DNA of 64,000 nt from the NCBI GenBank assembly GCA_013115125.1, contig JABANN010000020.1, positions 62,001-126,000 on the forward strand. The letters run 5' to 3'. The notes beneath the pieces were generated by a model that saw nothing but the letters and a program-made list of their open reading frames with translations, made no database searches and had not been told where the DNA came from. Origin of the DNA: Perkinsus olseni. Lineage: Eukaryota. Numbering within the stretch: the stretch's first letter is position 1; each line of letters opens with the position of its first letter. A program made the translations under genes and the position numbers. Of this stretch, positions 50,654 through 64,000 are shown piece by piece.

Positions 50654-53621
50654 CTAGCAGAACCCGTCGCTTCGCTCCGGGGGTTCTCTAGCTCTTAGTC
50701 AGAGGGACCATGTCCCTCGCTGCGCTCGGGGAATAGACAGTGCATCTCCGTGAGGGATCAATCGAAAAGGCCAGCACGGAGGACAGAGCGTGACAGTCCC
50801 GTGGTTGGAGGGATCGACATGCTTACCGTAAGCAGTTACGGCTGGATTCATAAGTTTATCTTCCCATCATGTGGTATCTTCGAGCGTTACAGTGAAGGAA
50901 CTAATAGATGCGATCGGTGGGTGATGGTGCCAATCCAAGCAAGATTGAATCCAAGCAAGATGGCAATAATCAAGCATAGCCGACTCGCTCGTTCAGCCAG
51001 AAGAATTGTTAAGCAAGAACGGTGGTGATTAAAACAAGGTTGCAGATCTTCCGCAAAAAATCAAAGAACCGGCTCGGGTCGGTTTCGAACAGGGGACTAT
51101 CCGCATACGGGTAGTGGTCCGAAGGAGACTTCAAGAAATCCAAGATTTGAGCACTGTCGGCTGTCAGTCGACAGCTGCGTCTATGGCCGATTCATTCATC
51201 ACTCTTAGGCCTATACGCGTCGCCCCCGCCGGTGGGCGGCCGGCTACAAAGTATGGACCGAACTTGACACATACAACCTCCTCATTTGCGTTTCCACGAT
51301 AACTTGCGTCTCAAACTTCTTTTCTTTACCAGTATAGATGTCCAGTGGGCCCAATTCATGAATTGAATTCACTCCCCTCAACTCGAGGGCCGTGACGAGT
51401 CGCCACTGACGACCCCCACGAGACGTTGCTGGCAGCATCGCTGCTCAGTCAACAAGCCATCCATCAGCAGCCAATGTGAAGCTGACCCCGCAATTATCAT
51501 ATCAGCTGAGGCTCTGTGCTGCTGGTCATGCGTTCTCGGGCGGTCCTTACGCGCGCCGTGTATAGGGCTATGGGTTAACGTCCGTGAAACCTGGGTATAA
51601 GTTTTGAGTCGAGTCGAGTCATTGACACAAGCTAGCAGAACCCGTCGCTTCGCTCCGGAGTTCTGTAGCTCGTTCGCGCTTGTGCGCATGTTCACACCAG
51701 TAACGAAACTGCGAATCGCAGTCTGCGATTGAGAGTGTAGTTGAAATTGGGCTAAGTGAGCATAGGGGCTATATCAGCCTCTCGTAGATCGAAACCTCTC
51801 GAAAGACCCAAATGGACTGACATTGTAAGTATACGTCCTCAAGAGCTTCAATGGGGAGGGGTCGCGATGAATTTAGGCGGATGAAGTTAGGAGGCTTAAA
51901 GCCGACCTTGTCGCCATAACGAAGGCGATTGATCGACCGACAATCGTGACTCCGGCTGCGGGTTAAACCGTCTCGTGATGAGGCGTCTGGGCACTGCCCA
52001 GTGGGCAGCAGGCTGAAGGCCATACTGAAGCTGGTGTATACACCTTCCAAAGATAGCATCGGTAACTCAAAGGCTGGTGTGGCCGTGCGAACTGCCTAGG
52101 CTCACGGTATCGAGGCTAAACTGCAAGTACCTTCTCACTCGAGACGCCCTGGAAGCGGCCAGGTCCCGCTGATAGCACAGTCGATGTGATGCGGTCTTTG
52201 ATTCTGAGGTGCGATCTTTAGGCTGTTCTTTCCGCTATTTTGTTCCCACAGCGTCTGTTCTCGGGTTTCTCTGTGAACTTATGCGCGCAGTGGCGTATGG
52301 AAGCTTGTTAGTGGAAGGAACGGCCAGCGCTATTCGCGTAAGAAGCTCGATGGTAGTTCAGGCGTATGCCTCTACTGTGACTCACGGGAGGAAAAAGATT
52401 TCCTTCACCTTCCTTTTCACGCCTCCCGTGGCACCGGCCCCGCTCTGAGCTTTAACGCATGATCAATCTTTGTGCAAGTGCGTGCCTTCCTCTGGCGATA
52501 TTCTATTCAGGGGCAAGGCTTGCCCGGCAAGCACCTACCTGCGGCACTAAACCGGAACAAAAAGAGTACGATGCGGCCGTGGGTCGCATCGTGACTTCAT
52601 TGCCCCGGGGTCCCCCTGCCGGGGTCCGGTTTCGGTGGACCAGTTGGCGTGAAGGCGGCTGAGAGGCCAACAGGCCGAGCCGCGGCCCAGTATTGGAAAG
52701 AATAAGTTGAGAGGATTACAGATAAGCGCGATCCATGGGAAACAGTGGGGACCGTAGTGGCCGAGCCAAACTCGATCTCACTCGTAGGGTTGATGTGTGA
52801 ATCATATAATGTGAATCATGGCAAGACGGCCCCAGTTTCGTGCGGTCTGGCTTTACGAATTCAGAGAATATCGAAGAACACAAACGATGACCGTCGAGTT
52901 ATTATAGTATAGACTATCGTCGTTGTCGGACGAATGAGCACGATTAGTTAAAGAAGTAACAGTCATCCTACAACTCCGACTATAAGTCATCTGTACTACT
53001 GAAGTTTCAGTAAAAAAATGTGGCAAAATATGCAAAACATTCCGAGATATTTGGGGTTGATTTCTCCGAACATCCCGATGAACGTTTTAACAATCAGTCC
53101 TTGAGCCGGAAAAAATTTACGCGTTTGAACGTTGTAACCCGCCACATCGTTGGAGGAAATTACGCAGTACCGTTTTATCCCAATTTGTAGAACGGTTTAC
53201 GGGAGAGTTAGGCGTAGATTTAGATAGACTACACTGACATTTAGTGCGTCATCGTGGTACACGTAGAACTTGCTGTGGATAAGTAATATTCATGAGTAAC
53301 CAGAATCCGATAGGTTTTATGGAAGACTTGATATGATCAATCTTCCAAACGATTAAAATTTTGCACGCGTATTTGGCGATTGTGATCAAATATCTCGGAA
53401 ATTTTTACATGGACGGTTTACCCCATATCTTCGTACACTTCTCGCTCGCCTCTTACTCGTATACCTAGTGGTATAGGGGAAGCTAAAAGGAGGGTATAGG
53501 CTCTGTGAGTAGACACGTATAGACGACATACTTGACAGAAAACAGAGTCGAGAAATTCTAAACGCGGGGTTTTTTAGACCGGATAACTCAAACGATGACA
53601 GTCGTGTTATTATAGTATAAA
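50654..53621 (-). mobile_element. Candidate non-autonomous Helitron-like element (outer)
   Basis: On the minus strand the 5' end reads A|TTTATACTATAATAAC at 53621. The 3' end is a GC-rich hairpin CCCGGAGCGAAGCGACGGG, then TTCTG-CTAG|T at 50654, giving A/T flanks. No Rep/helicase ORF seen. Confidence 0.5.
51632..52913 (-). mobile_element. Candidate nested Helitron-like element (inner)
   Basis: The 5' end TCTATACTATAATAACTCGACGGTCATCGTTTG (52913-52881) is a near copy of 53621-53589. The 3' 27-mer at 51632-51658 is identical to 50654-50680. Flanks are G/C rather than canonical A/T. Confidence 0.45.
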
Positions 53622-54782
53622 TTCCTTCAATCAGCCTCTAATTCACAACATACAAAGACACTCCTCTTACGTGAGAATCCGAAGGACAAGAGGCGCGTTC
53701 ACAAAGATCGTTTCCGACTATACGGTTCCTGTAACCCCGAGTAGTTCGACAATCTAGGGCATCGCGATTCGATGGTCCAATGCCATACCCTTTTTTCGAC
53801 ATGAACCAACTCGAGTGTGTATGCAACCTGAATCTTGAACTTTACATTGAATGAGGTTCTGGAGAGCCTGGGACACCCTGACAGTGCCGGTTGCCGCTTG
53901 AGCCGTGAGACCAACTAGTCCTCTTCTCGAGGCCCACGAGACCCACGAGGCATGCACGCCTTGATAGCTCCTCGCTTGTGGACTTTTGAAATACTTTGTG
54001 AAATGAGCAGATCGGCTGAGCTACACGACCAAGGCAACACACACTCGCCCACCGGCGCGTCATGACTACATTTCACTGACGGTTACGGACACCTTAGGCT
54101 GAGATCGACTCTGAACATACTTACTCCCGGGACGCGAGTCGCGACCAGCGTGGGTCCAGGTGACCCAGATCCGGCCACGTTGAGCCGATAGGAACGGCGA
54201 AGATAGGCGAAGATCGGCAGGTCAATGCACCAAGGATCAGGCCAATCGAGGGTGATTGGGACGATGCCCCTCGCCCTCTTGCGCCTTGCATGAGGCTTCC
54301 TCGTTGCAACGTCTCAGAAACGCGATTCAGAACTTTTCTCAACATTAACTATCATAAAGTGAATAAAAGAGTATCCTCACTCCCCTTTCGATACAATTCC
54401 GCGTTGTAAAACAATGTGCGGATACTAGGGAAACATAGGCTCCTGACAAGCCCAGAGTGCCTTCAATCTGGCAAGGCTCGCTCGACAACGAATGATGCCT
54501 CGGAAAGCTCTTGATTTCCGCCCATCGTTACCGGAGTCGCCAGCATCATACTAACACCACAAACATCTCAGCAGTGGCTGGATCTGGAGCACTAAACGGA
54601 GACCGACCCGACCAGAATCGAAGGACCACTAGAACAATATAGATTTTGCAATGCCACCGATCGTGTACTCCCCCTTATCGAAGGTAACGTACTAACCCAC
54701 TACTCCCACACAACACTATTTAGAACGCAACCGAAAACCAGCACTTCAGCAAGAGACCCTTCCGTTAAAAGCCATCAGCCGT

Positions 54783-55301
54783 CTATATCTCGGCGGCCTG
54801 GAGCTTGCGGAGACGCTGCATGGAGGCTCTGAAAACAAAGAGACGTCAGGGAGGACGAGTAGAACAGTGACGCTGTCATTACCGGACAGTAGCCGCAGCA
54901 GCGGTAGTCAACTGCCAGCAGCCGCCAGCCATGGTCTTCTTGCAAGAGCGGCAAGACCAGATACCACCGGCCTGAAGGAAGCAACAATATCGACGAAAGC
55001 TTCAACGAACGCCTCCATGCTGCGCGAAGACGATCGGTATTATGAACAACGATGTTTAGTGGCGACCCTGGAGCCAGCTACAGGGTATCACTATAGCTTG
55101 GGATGAACCCACCGAGAGATAGACGAAATTCGCATTGCCCCGAATGATTACCTGACGCTTGACGGAGTCCTTGCCGCAGAAGGGGCAGGTGTACTTCGCC
55201 TTAGACTGAGCCTCGAACTTCTTCACGAGCTTACGCAGGGAAGCGCCGTAACGGGTTCCGTACTTGCCGGAGATACCAACCTTCTTAGTGCGTCTGGCCA
55301 T
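54783..55301 (-). CDS. RPL37A: 60S ribosomal protein L37a (eL43), 94 aa
   Basis: Exons 55301-55152, 54971-54883 and 54828-54783 give [24 protein letters not shown]...[33 protein letters not shown]...[18 protein letters not shown]. The C2-C2 zinc finger is intact. Confidence 0.97.
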
Positions 55302-56271
55302 TTTAGGAAGTGGGTCTGTCAGAGAGGACTTCTGCGGGCCGCACGCTCCGCTATTTCATAATCGATTATCGAGGCGGGCGAGATTCGCTACGACGACGGC
55401 GCCGCAAGTCGATCGAGTTCTCGACCATATTGCTGCCCAGTCGTAGGAAGGCGGAAACTTCACATCCCAGACGTGAGTCCACTAGTGAGTTAGGGAGCAC
55501 AGCGAGAGCTGGATGTACTGATGAGCCATTACCGCATCTTACGAACGTCTCATCGCGGTCCGAGTACAGGATGGCAAGTAAATGGAGAAAGACCAACTCC
55601 TGCCGAAACTTTTGCGAACACGCAAACTAGGCGATTTCAACTGAGGCAATAAGATGATAGTCCAACTGTAGGACTCCAACGCTAGTAGTGATGCAGACTG
55701 CGTCACGTCGTTGCTTCGCTGCTTATCCTTGGTGTGACAATCGTCGAAACTCGAACGAGCACATTCGAATTTCAAATCTTATCGGAGAACGCTGTCGTAG
55801 CGCATATGGCATACAGTAGCATTACTAAGGGTCAGTCGCACATTCATCTTTCGACAGTGCCTACGACGTTGGCACTTCCAGTTGGTTCCAGTTCCAGCTG
55901 GGTATGTAGTCCGGGGTCCTATTCAAGTAGTTTTGCTTTCCGGGTTCCGAGTCGGAGCAGTAGTCAAGGCATGATGATTTCACCGCTTACAAACCGAGTA
56001 TATTGGACTTTTGATTAGCCATGATGTCGAAAGATGTCTTAAAGCAAACAGAGGGTTAGAAGAAGTTCGATTAGAATATCGCCGCGAGGAACGAGAAGAA
56101 TGGTATGAGGAACGCGAAGGTTTCGACGTGTCTTATGATTGAGGTTTGATTGTAGCAGCGAGAGCTCTACAAGCGTTCTAGTATTCGCAGAGAGCAGCCA
56201 GAGCGCAATACTCCACACCCCTACTCCTCAACGCAAAACAGGCTCCTGTTTCCTTGTATATTTTACACGTG

Positions 56272-57855
56272 CTACTTTTCAGCAATCAGCCATGCTGTAA
56301 TGACATAGGGATCGCCGATACCACTCGTTGGGTCATTCGTCATGTGGGTCTTGACCTTCGGAATATCAAAGGAGGGTTCAGCGAAGAATCGTTTCATGCC
56401 CCAACCAGTGGATTGATGTATCTTCGAGAAGCCAGCCCAGAGTGAGAGTGCTCGATTGCCAGAGGGAAGGACCCTATAGTTATCAGGGTACGCGTAGCCC
56501 TTCTCCTTCAGTCGCTGATTGGCCTTTTGACTACCACCCAGTGGATGTCGGCGAAACTTTACGGGATTTGTGGAGATAAAGATCCCTCCCTTTTTGAGCA
56601 CTCGTTGAACTTCTCTGTAACACTGCCACACAAAGACGCTGTGCTCAATCACCATTTGCATGATGACAAAGTCGAAGGAGCCATCCGCGAACGGCAGGTT
56701 CTCGCATATCTCGTGTTGACCTTTATTCCAGTGAGTGATCACGAACCTTGTGTTTTGCTTGTTGAAGTGCCGCCCCCAGCATTCCAGTCCCCCCACAGGA
56801 GGCGAGACATTCAGCAAGTCAGTGTGAGCGCGTTTGCTCACTTCACTAGTGACTAACCATTGCTCAATTGCATGGTGAGCCGCGATCCGACCATATGATC
56901 CCTTGCACGTCTCGAAGTTGTAACGTCCTGTTTCGAAAATATGCCCTTCAAAGCTCGCGAGCTTTTGCTGCTCGTTTGGCGGCCATGGCACCCCGGCAGA
57001 CAGGAGTTGTGATGACCATTGTTTGGTCACTCCACACATACCCATCACAGCCCAAGTAACAAAATAGTTCTCACCATCAGACTTGTACAACTTACCACCG
57101 AGATTGACTTCCCTTCCTTCTGTAAATTCGTCCACACCTTGATTGTCAGTATTCTCTGGACCGTTCTTCGCCATACGCGTCCAGAAGTCCCAGGAGCCCC
57201 ACCCATCAGAGAACTCGAGTTTACGGCAGCCTGCCCACTCAGCCATATTTGAAAGTCCCGAGGGCAGAAAACGGAAGTAATCGTGCACCCCTCGTTCAGG
57301 CCAGAAGAAAAGGGATAGCATCACGAGATGGCCTCCCTTGTTGACAAGGCGTGCATAGTTCTGTAGATCCTCCCACGGCCTCGATGAGGACTCCAAGGCG
57401 TAGGCCACGATTACAACGTCATGGAGTGAGCCATCAAGGAGGTTGCCTGGACTGACCAGCGCACCCTGTGTGAAGCTGAGCAGACACGATATGGCAGAGT
57501 TATTCTTATCATCTGATATCACTAGTGTACGATTTTGGTGTAGTTTTTGGAACCACCATCCAAACCCGAGCACAATAGGGACAGAATATCGGATGGCACA
57601 GCCACGCCACCGCTTGTCGTATGGTAAGAATCCCGGAGAGTGATACTCTGAATGTGCCAGTGAAGCAGAGGCCACGTTGGAATCATCTGTAAGCTCGCTT
57701 GAGGTGAGGTCTGGTACAGGAACCGGGTTGTCTCCTTGTTGCCAGTTCTCTCTTGAGGTTGAGGATGGCGATACAATAAGGCGAGGGAATGATATCGCAA
57801 TGATGACGACACCACAGATGAGGATAGCCGAGAAGATGGCAACTGGGAGTCTCAT
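56272..57855 (-). CDS. Type II membrane protein with two tandem class I SAM-dependent methyltransferase-like domains (intronless)
   Basis: 562-aa ORF with likely start MRLPVAIF at 57855 and an N-terminal TM segment. C-terminal motifs LPFADGSFDFVI, EH and EVQRVLKKGG. Internal duplication: RLVNKGG...DYFRFLPSGL...WAG...GWG versus RVLKKGG...DNYRVLPSGN...WAG...GWG. Confidence 0.8.
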   Translation of the reverse strand: MRLPVAIFSAILICGVVIIAISFPRLIVSPSSTSRENWQQGDNPVPVPDLTSSELTDDSNVASASLAHSEYHSPGFLPYDKRWRGCAIRYSVPIVLGFGWWFQKLHQNRTLVISDDKNNSAISCLLSFTQGALVSPGNLLDGSLHDVVIVAYALESSSRPWEDLQNYARLVNKGGHLVMLSLFFWPERGVHDYFRFLPSGLSNMAEWAGCRKLEFSDGWGSWDFWTRMAKNGPENTDNQGVDEFTEGREVNLGGKLYKSDGENYFVTWAVMGMCGVTKQWSSQLLSAGVPWPPNEQQKLASFEGHIFETGRYNFETCKGSYGRIAAHHAIEQWLVTSEVSKRAHTDLLNVSPPVGGLECWGRHFNKQNTRFVITHWNKGQHEICENLPFADGSFDFVIMQMVIEHSVFVWQCYREVQRVLKKGGIFISTNPVKFRRHPLGGSQKANQRLKEKGYAYPDNYRVLPSGNRALSLWAGFSKIHQSTGWGMKRFFAEPSFDIPKVKTHMTNDPTSGIGDPYVITAWLIAEK

Positions 57856-57983
57856 GAGGGTAAGGTCGAAGGAAACTGCCGAGGACGGAAGAGGTCCGGA
57901 TAAGAACGGGTGTGCAGGGACAACGTCGATCGCATTCGAGCGCAGAACATGAGTCACCATATACTGTACATGATCACAGCTCT

Positions 57984-60007
57984 TTACGAGTTCTCTCTTC
58001 CTAACAGGAGAGCACCCATGATATCTCTTTTCTCGACGGCGTCCGGAAACCCAGGCCTGAGAAAGTGACTAACGACCGGATGAACATGCCAGCGCATACA
58101 GCAAATCGGGATGATGTTCTTCGGCTCCCCCATTGTCCTCCTCGATAGTGCGATATAGCCCATCAAAGATGAGGAAATGCTTCTTGGCTTCTCCGAAGTC
58201 ACCATGGTTGAAGGCCGTGATGCAGCAGTTGAGGTGCGTTATAGCCGTAGGGGTCGGATCATCCTGAATGTGCTTCTTAGATTCTCAGACGTTCTCTTAC
58301 CTCGGTGGGTGTCGCAGTGCCTATCGCTCGCGCGTATGCATTGCGGGAGTTGGTGTAGTCGTCGAGTCGGGACAAGGTGATTCCCAGATACCTGCGTGCG
58401 CCCCAGTGCTATCGGCATCTGGTGAGATGTTCTACATGTAGACTAGGGAAGGTTCGGGCTCGAGATTGAGGGCGGCCGAGAAGAAGGCGAAAGCAGAGGC
58501 GTACTGGCCCGTGTACAGGTGAAGCTACATGAGAAAGATGATGAAGGCTCGCGTAGCGCAGAAAAGAAGACTAACCAGGCCTAAGTTGAAGTGAACCTTC
58601 CACTGGAAAGGCTCAAGTGAGACCGCCCTCTTGAGACATGCAATGGCTGCCACCACCTTCCGCTTTTCTGAGTAAATAAACTTTCCTGAGTTGAGTTAAG
58701 AACCCCGTCCTTACCGAAGAAACACATTCCGACATTGTTCCACAGCTCTGCGCTCGAAGGAGTCTGTACGGCGGCAACGCGGTATCTGGAGGATCCCACG
58801 AGAGGGCGAAGAGTGCACTGCCGTACTTCACCAGAGCAACGTCGACATCGCCGTGGTCTTGTATAACACTGCCTGCTGCCAGGATTGTCCGAGGGTCCTT
58901 GGGGTCGTATACCAGGCTGAGGAGGGAGGAGTATGAGGATGAGTTGGAGGGCACCGCATATGAGACCTATTCCCAAGGCACTCGAATGCTCTATAACTGT
59001 CTCCGGTCTTGAGAAGGAGAACTCCCACTGAGAAGAAGCACTTCGAAAATGGTTTGCAGAGCACGGCTTCATTCACATCTGGTAAGAATACTGGTGTTTT
59101 CCGGCGAGAACTCGAGGGCTTCATTGTACGTCTCGATGGCATCCTCGCTGGCGCCTTCGCGTGCATCCCTGAAGGAGTGTCCTCCGCTAGCCTCTAGACG
59201 AAGACGGTAACATCTCCGCTATTTCAGTAAAGGTCGCGTCGTGACGCTGTATTTCGTTAGCAGCTCGGAAGCTGTTTATGGCCGTTTGATGATCGCCAAG
59301 ATACCTGCCATGAACAGTGGACGATGCTAATCGTAATGGGCGTTGCTGAGTACTTCTGGCACATTCCGATGTTGAAGTACAACTCCCAGTCTTCAGGCTC
59401 ATGCTTCAGCGCCTCCGTGTAGATCTGGTAGCAGGTGGTTGTCACCAGTGCGACTCGCACTGGGCACTCGCACTGTGCGAGTGCCCAACTGACCTCAATA
59501 GCGGCTTGGTGTTGACCCAGCAAGGACAGGCTCTTCCCGACGTGCTTGAGGTAGTCGACCTACGCGTTATACACATACTTGCGGCAAGGCACGCATCTGT
59601 ATGAGAAAGGCTACTGGTCGTACGTTGAGAGGGTCTAGGCACGCTGCTGCCTGGAACAGCTGTAGAGAACTGCGTATGTCACCCTGCTGACGATGGATTA
59701 GGGCTTTGTAATACAGTGCATATCTGAAGCGCAGTAGGGGTGCCAGAAACACGATGAGTGTCTTCGGGGATATGATACTGATTGAGGCCTTTAGACTCCG
59801 TCAGGCACTCTTCTATGAACTCCAGGCAATCGTCGAACTCGTGTCGTACGTAGAGAGTGTTGATGTACCAGTTCCTGGAGTCTCGTCCGACGCTAGGTGC
59901 AGCCTGAGTAACCAGTCCAACGTGACCGTGTCCTGTAGGAAGGCTGCCGGCCGCGTTACTTGCCGCGCCGCTCGGTGTTCTCTTGCCAGCTGCGGTGAGT
60001 TCGTCAT
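57984..60007 (-). CDS. BBS4: Bardet-Biedl syndrome 4 protein (BBSome TPR subunit), multi-exon
   Basis: Exon fragments [84 protein letters not shown] and [25 protein letters not shown]...YASAF match the BBS4 sequence I recognise. Confidence 0.9.
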
Positions 60008-60373
60008 TGATATTCGAAAAGCTTAGCGCATTGGATACACCTCCTCACGAGTCTCATCGGTTTTACAATGTCAATGAGACAGATTTGATACCACATTGTC
60101 ACGAATTCGTGTGCTCTCTACATATGTTCTACTGAGCGATCTGAGCTTCGCCCCTTGGCTGCCACTGTTAGTGACGTCCCCTATGCCAACATGATGTCAT
60201 CAACGCAACCCGCAAGCCTCGAGAAATAGATATCATCAAGCGATGAACCAACGACGTCGAAATGCAAGAGTTCGGATCACACACTCTCACTGAAATAGAC
60301 TAGTGTACGGCAGCAGATTGCGTGCTGACACGCAACGAAAAGGACGGACGGTAGCACCATACTGATGATGCAC

Positions 60374-61163
60374 CTAGAGTCTGTGTCTGAATGTAGCAGA
60401 GGAGGCGAGAGACCCTAGACCCCCAGCCGTCTGGCCAGTGGATATACTAGAGCATAGATCGGAGGTTGCACGCTCGTAGTTGTGCCTGCCACCACCACGA
60501 CCGTGCGTGTTGCCATCTCGAGCATGATGTCGTTGAGGTTGTACCTGACCGACGCGGGCATCCAGGCGCACACAGGCGTTAATACTCACCATCAAGGAGG
60601 AAAGATCTCCACGTTCTCCTGTCCCGAGCTTCCGAAGGATTTCCTCATCCAAAGTGCCACTACAGTGACTGACGCTACTGCCAGCGCCTCTAGCAGCCTT
60701 CCCAATATCGCTCCGCCCTGCAAGAGACAGCACAGAGATGTTGCTTTCACAGAGGCAGGAAATACGGACTTGCGTGCAGCTGCAGCGGCCGCTGGGATTG
60801 CTCTATCGATCCACAGCGGGCGTCCCAACGGCCCAGCTCGTCATTGTCTAGGGCATGGCGCTTTGTATCCTGTCTTTGTCGATGCAGCGGTCTCGAGTTC
60901 TTCCGCCTCTCCTTGTCCTTCGCTCTCTCCATTGCTTCTAGCCGCCCGTTCAACTCGGCAGTCTCTCTGCGGGACTCCTCAATCTTCCGTTTGGTCTCGG
61001 TCCTGATGGAGCGTACTCGCCTGTGGCAGAGCTTGTTTCGGTTACTTCCTCTGTTCGATCCCCCTCAAAGTGTCGAGGAGCTTCTTTGACTCCTCCACCA
61101 ACGACTGCTGCATCTGGGATCTGTGCCGCGACGAGCTGTTGTCCTCAAACGAGGCGTCGCGGC

Positions 61164-61194
<31 letters not shown>

Positions 61195-61707
61195 CTCCTG
61201 ACGGGAGGAGTCAGCGGTCACATGTAGCGGTATCTTACCCAGAACCGGAGTGCTTGCTTCACATGGGCGAGGGCTGAAACATGGCAGGAGGGCACTCATG
61301 CTATTTAATCTTATCATTGTCATCACCTTCCTTCATACCGTAGCCTAACAGAGCCACGCACACTGAGCCGTTCCGCTTCATAGTCATGAACTCAGACTGG
61401 TCCATTGACAGGCGGAAGCGTACACCGTTGTGCCGACATACTGGACACTGCTGCACCTACAGTAGCACAGGCCTCATCTATCGACGGCCAAGACGCACAC
61501 TCACTGTGTCTTCGCTATGTTGTCCTTGCTTCCGTTGCCATGCTCGAAAGTGTGGTATGCATATAATATCACCACAAGTGCCGATAACAAACCTACGATA
61601 TTGATGGAAGGGAGACTCCTAGGTGATAAAGCCCTACGATGCTCTTGCCTCTCGAGGCTCTCCGCCGGGCTGCTGTCTGCTCGCCTCTCTGCATGACTTG
61701 ATTCCAC
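60374..61707 (-). CDS. Hypothetical multi-exon membrane protein with His10 tract and charged helical region
   Basis: TM-like INIVGLLSALVVILYAY near the 5' end. In-phase splices ...QALRFW|EHHHHHHHHHH...GIEQRK|TETKRKIEESRRETAELNGRLEAM. Both ends are uncertain. Confidence 0.4.
61164..61193. repeat. (GAT)10 microsatellite, read as poly-His on the minus strand
   Basis: Ten consecutive GAT triplets. Confidence 0.9.
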
Positions 61708-61926
61708 ACGAGAAGCACGGAGTCGTGGTGTGAGAGGAAGGGGACATCATATGAGGAAGGGCCCCACCATAGTGGTGAGTGTGCTGAGGCCAGCCGGGCA
61801 CGCTTGCTCGACAAACGCTGTCCTTTCAGGGTTTACCCCGCACGACAACAAGAACCACATCCAGACATAGTGGACAGAAACCTGTATCTCCTGGACCACT
61901 CATGTCCTCGAGCTACCCTCGTGTTG

Positions 61927-62859
61927 TTATGGCAGTGGTGTTGTACACCTTCTCTCGAGCAGCACAAGCTCTTGGTTGTACCCTGGCCAATTCACTTCGC
62001 CTTTCCGCTTCGCTATTTTTACCCAGTCGGACCGAATGGCCTCAAAGAACATCCGCGCCCCCCGCGATACCGAAGTCGTGCTGGCGCTGGGCCACTCTCC
62101 GATATAGACGATAGCCCTGCCAGGGAAGGCACTGAGGAGGTTGAAGGCGAGGTCATCCGGTTCATGTGGTGGCCAACTCAACCACAGAACGTCTGCCGTC
62201 GGCGTAGCACGGACTGCCTCCAGTGCCTCCCGGCAGAGCACAGGACAGGAGGCCCATTGCAGATGGACAGGTGCAGGGCAGGAGTCGGATACTTGAAAGC
62301 TCACTGTGGAGCCTACGACATCCATGAGGTAGGCGTGCCAGCCTGTAGCCGCCAGAGGGTCCAGGACGGTGAGGGTATGTCCACATCTCTGCATCAACCT
62401 CATGAGCTTGGTCTGCAGCCAACCCATCTCCTCAGTAGACGTCAAACCCCAGGCGAATCGATGGCAGCAGTACTCACGCCAAACCCGTATCAACTGGAGT
62501 ACTTCGACCGGCACATCATTCACTCGGGCTCTCATTATGTACTCATCAGCTTGCCGTATTCCTACCAGCATATCCCTGTATCGCTCCAGAGTATCAGAGC
62601 TTTTCCTATGACACGCTAACGCTCTTCTAATGGAATCAAAGAGCGGCAACAGACTAGGAAACGTGGACCATTGCATCGCGTGCCTTGCCTTGACCACACT
62701 GCCCGCTTTGAGTATCCGAACAGTCGCTCGGTCGAACCTCAGCAGCATGAGTTGCAGGTCTCCTGGCCGGGCAGCTGGGCCAGCGTCCGGGGGCTCTTCA
62801 CATAGAGATTCCGATCTATTGGCGTAATATAGGAGACGAGAATGAGCCAAGGGTGTCAT
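61927..62859 (-). CDS. Uncharacterised SAM-dependent methyltransferase-like protein (intronless)
   Basis: Motif I-like VLDPLAATGW, then LWLSWPP, IVYIGE and NWPGY. The first ATG in the 358-aa ORF is at 62859. Confidence 0.7.
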   Translation of the reverse strand: MTPLAHSRLLYYANRSESLCEEPPDAGPAARPGDLQLMLLRFDRATVRILKAGSVVKARHAMQWSTFPSLLPLFDSIRRALACHRKSSDTLERYRDMLVGIRQADEYIMRARVNDVPVEVLQLIRVWREYCCHRFAWGLTSTEEMGWLQTKLMRLMQRCGHTLTVLDPLAATGWHAYLMDVVGSTVSFQVSDSCPAPVHLQWASCPVLCREALEAVRATPTADVLWLSWPPHEPDDLAFNLLSAFPGRAIVYIGEWPSASTTSVSRGARMFFEAIRSDWVKIAKRKGEVNWPGYNQELVLLERRCTTPLP

Positions 62860-63026
62860 CGAGAGGGAGCTCAATGCCGCGACAGGAAAAGCAGGAACGG
62901 TACTTGTTGGCTCCCCGAGCGTAGGGTGACAACGCAACCCCTTCCTCGTCGACACGCTCACATCGTTGGTGATACTATAGGAAAGGCAGATAATTATGCA
63001 CAAGCTAGCAGTGGAAGCTGCTCCGG

Positions 63027-64000
<974 letters not shown>

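Noticed and set aside
51068-51120. tRNA-like GTTCGAAAC motif on the minus strand
   Set aside because: The T-stem does not pair, and no acceptor stem or D arm is evident.

Overview
Intron-rich, gene-dense eukaryotic DNA with mostly ~50-nt GT-AG introns. It most resembles a perkinsid/alveolate protist; this is inferred from gene architecture and not confirmed. Two thirds of the window is one giant plus-strand gene (1832-44903). Manual splicing gives 12 exons and about 14,145 aa: an N-terminal signal peptide, ~250 non-repetitive residues, ~1,140 degenerate 12-aa repeats (consensus GSSLSLRSFARL / GSSLSVLDxxxL) mostly in one 41,012-nt exon, and a C-terminal peptidase S74-type autocleaving chaperone (SDRRLK...GFIAQ...LPEVV) with a coiled coil. 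This is the layout of a phage tail fibre or tailspike, but here it is a spliced, secreted eukaryotic protein of extreme length. The rest of the window holds minus-strand genes: a hypothetical gene at the left end, a probably pseudogenised S10 serine carboxypeptidase, RPL37A, a membrane-anchored double methyltransferase, BBS4, a poly-His membrane protein, an uncharacterised methyltransferase and a type I PRMT. There are also nested Helitron-like termini at 50.6-53.6 kb.
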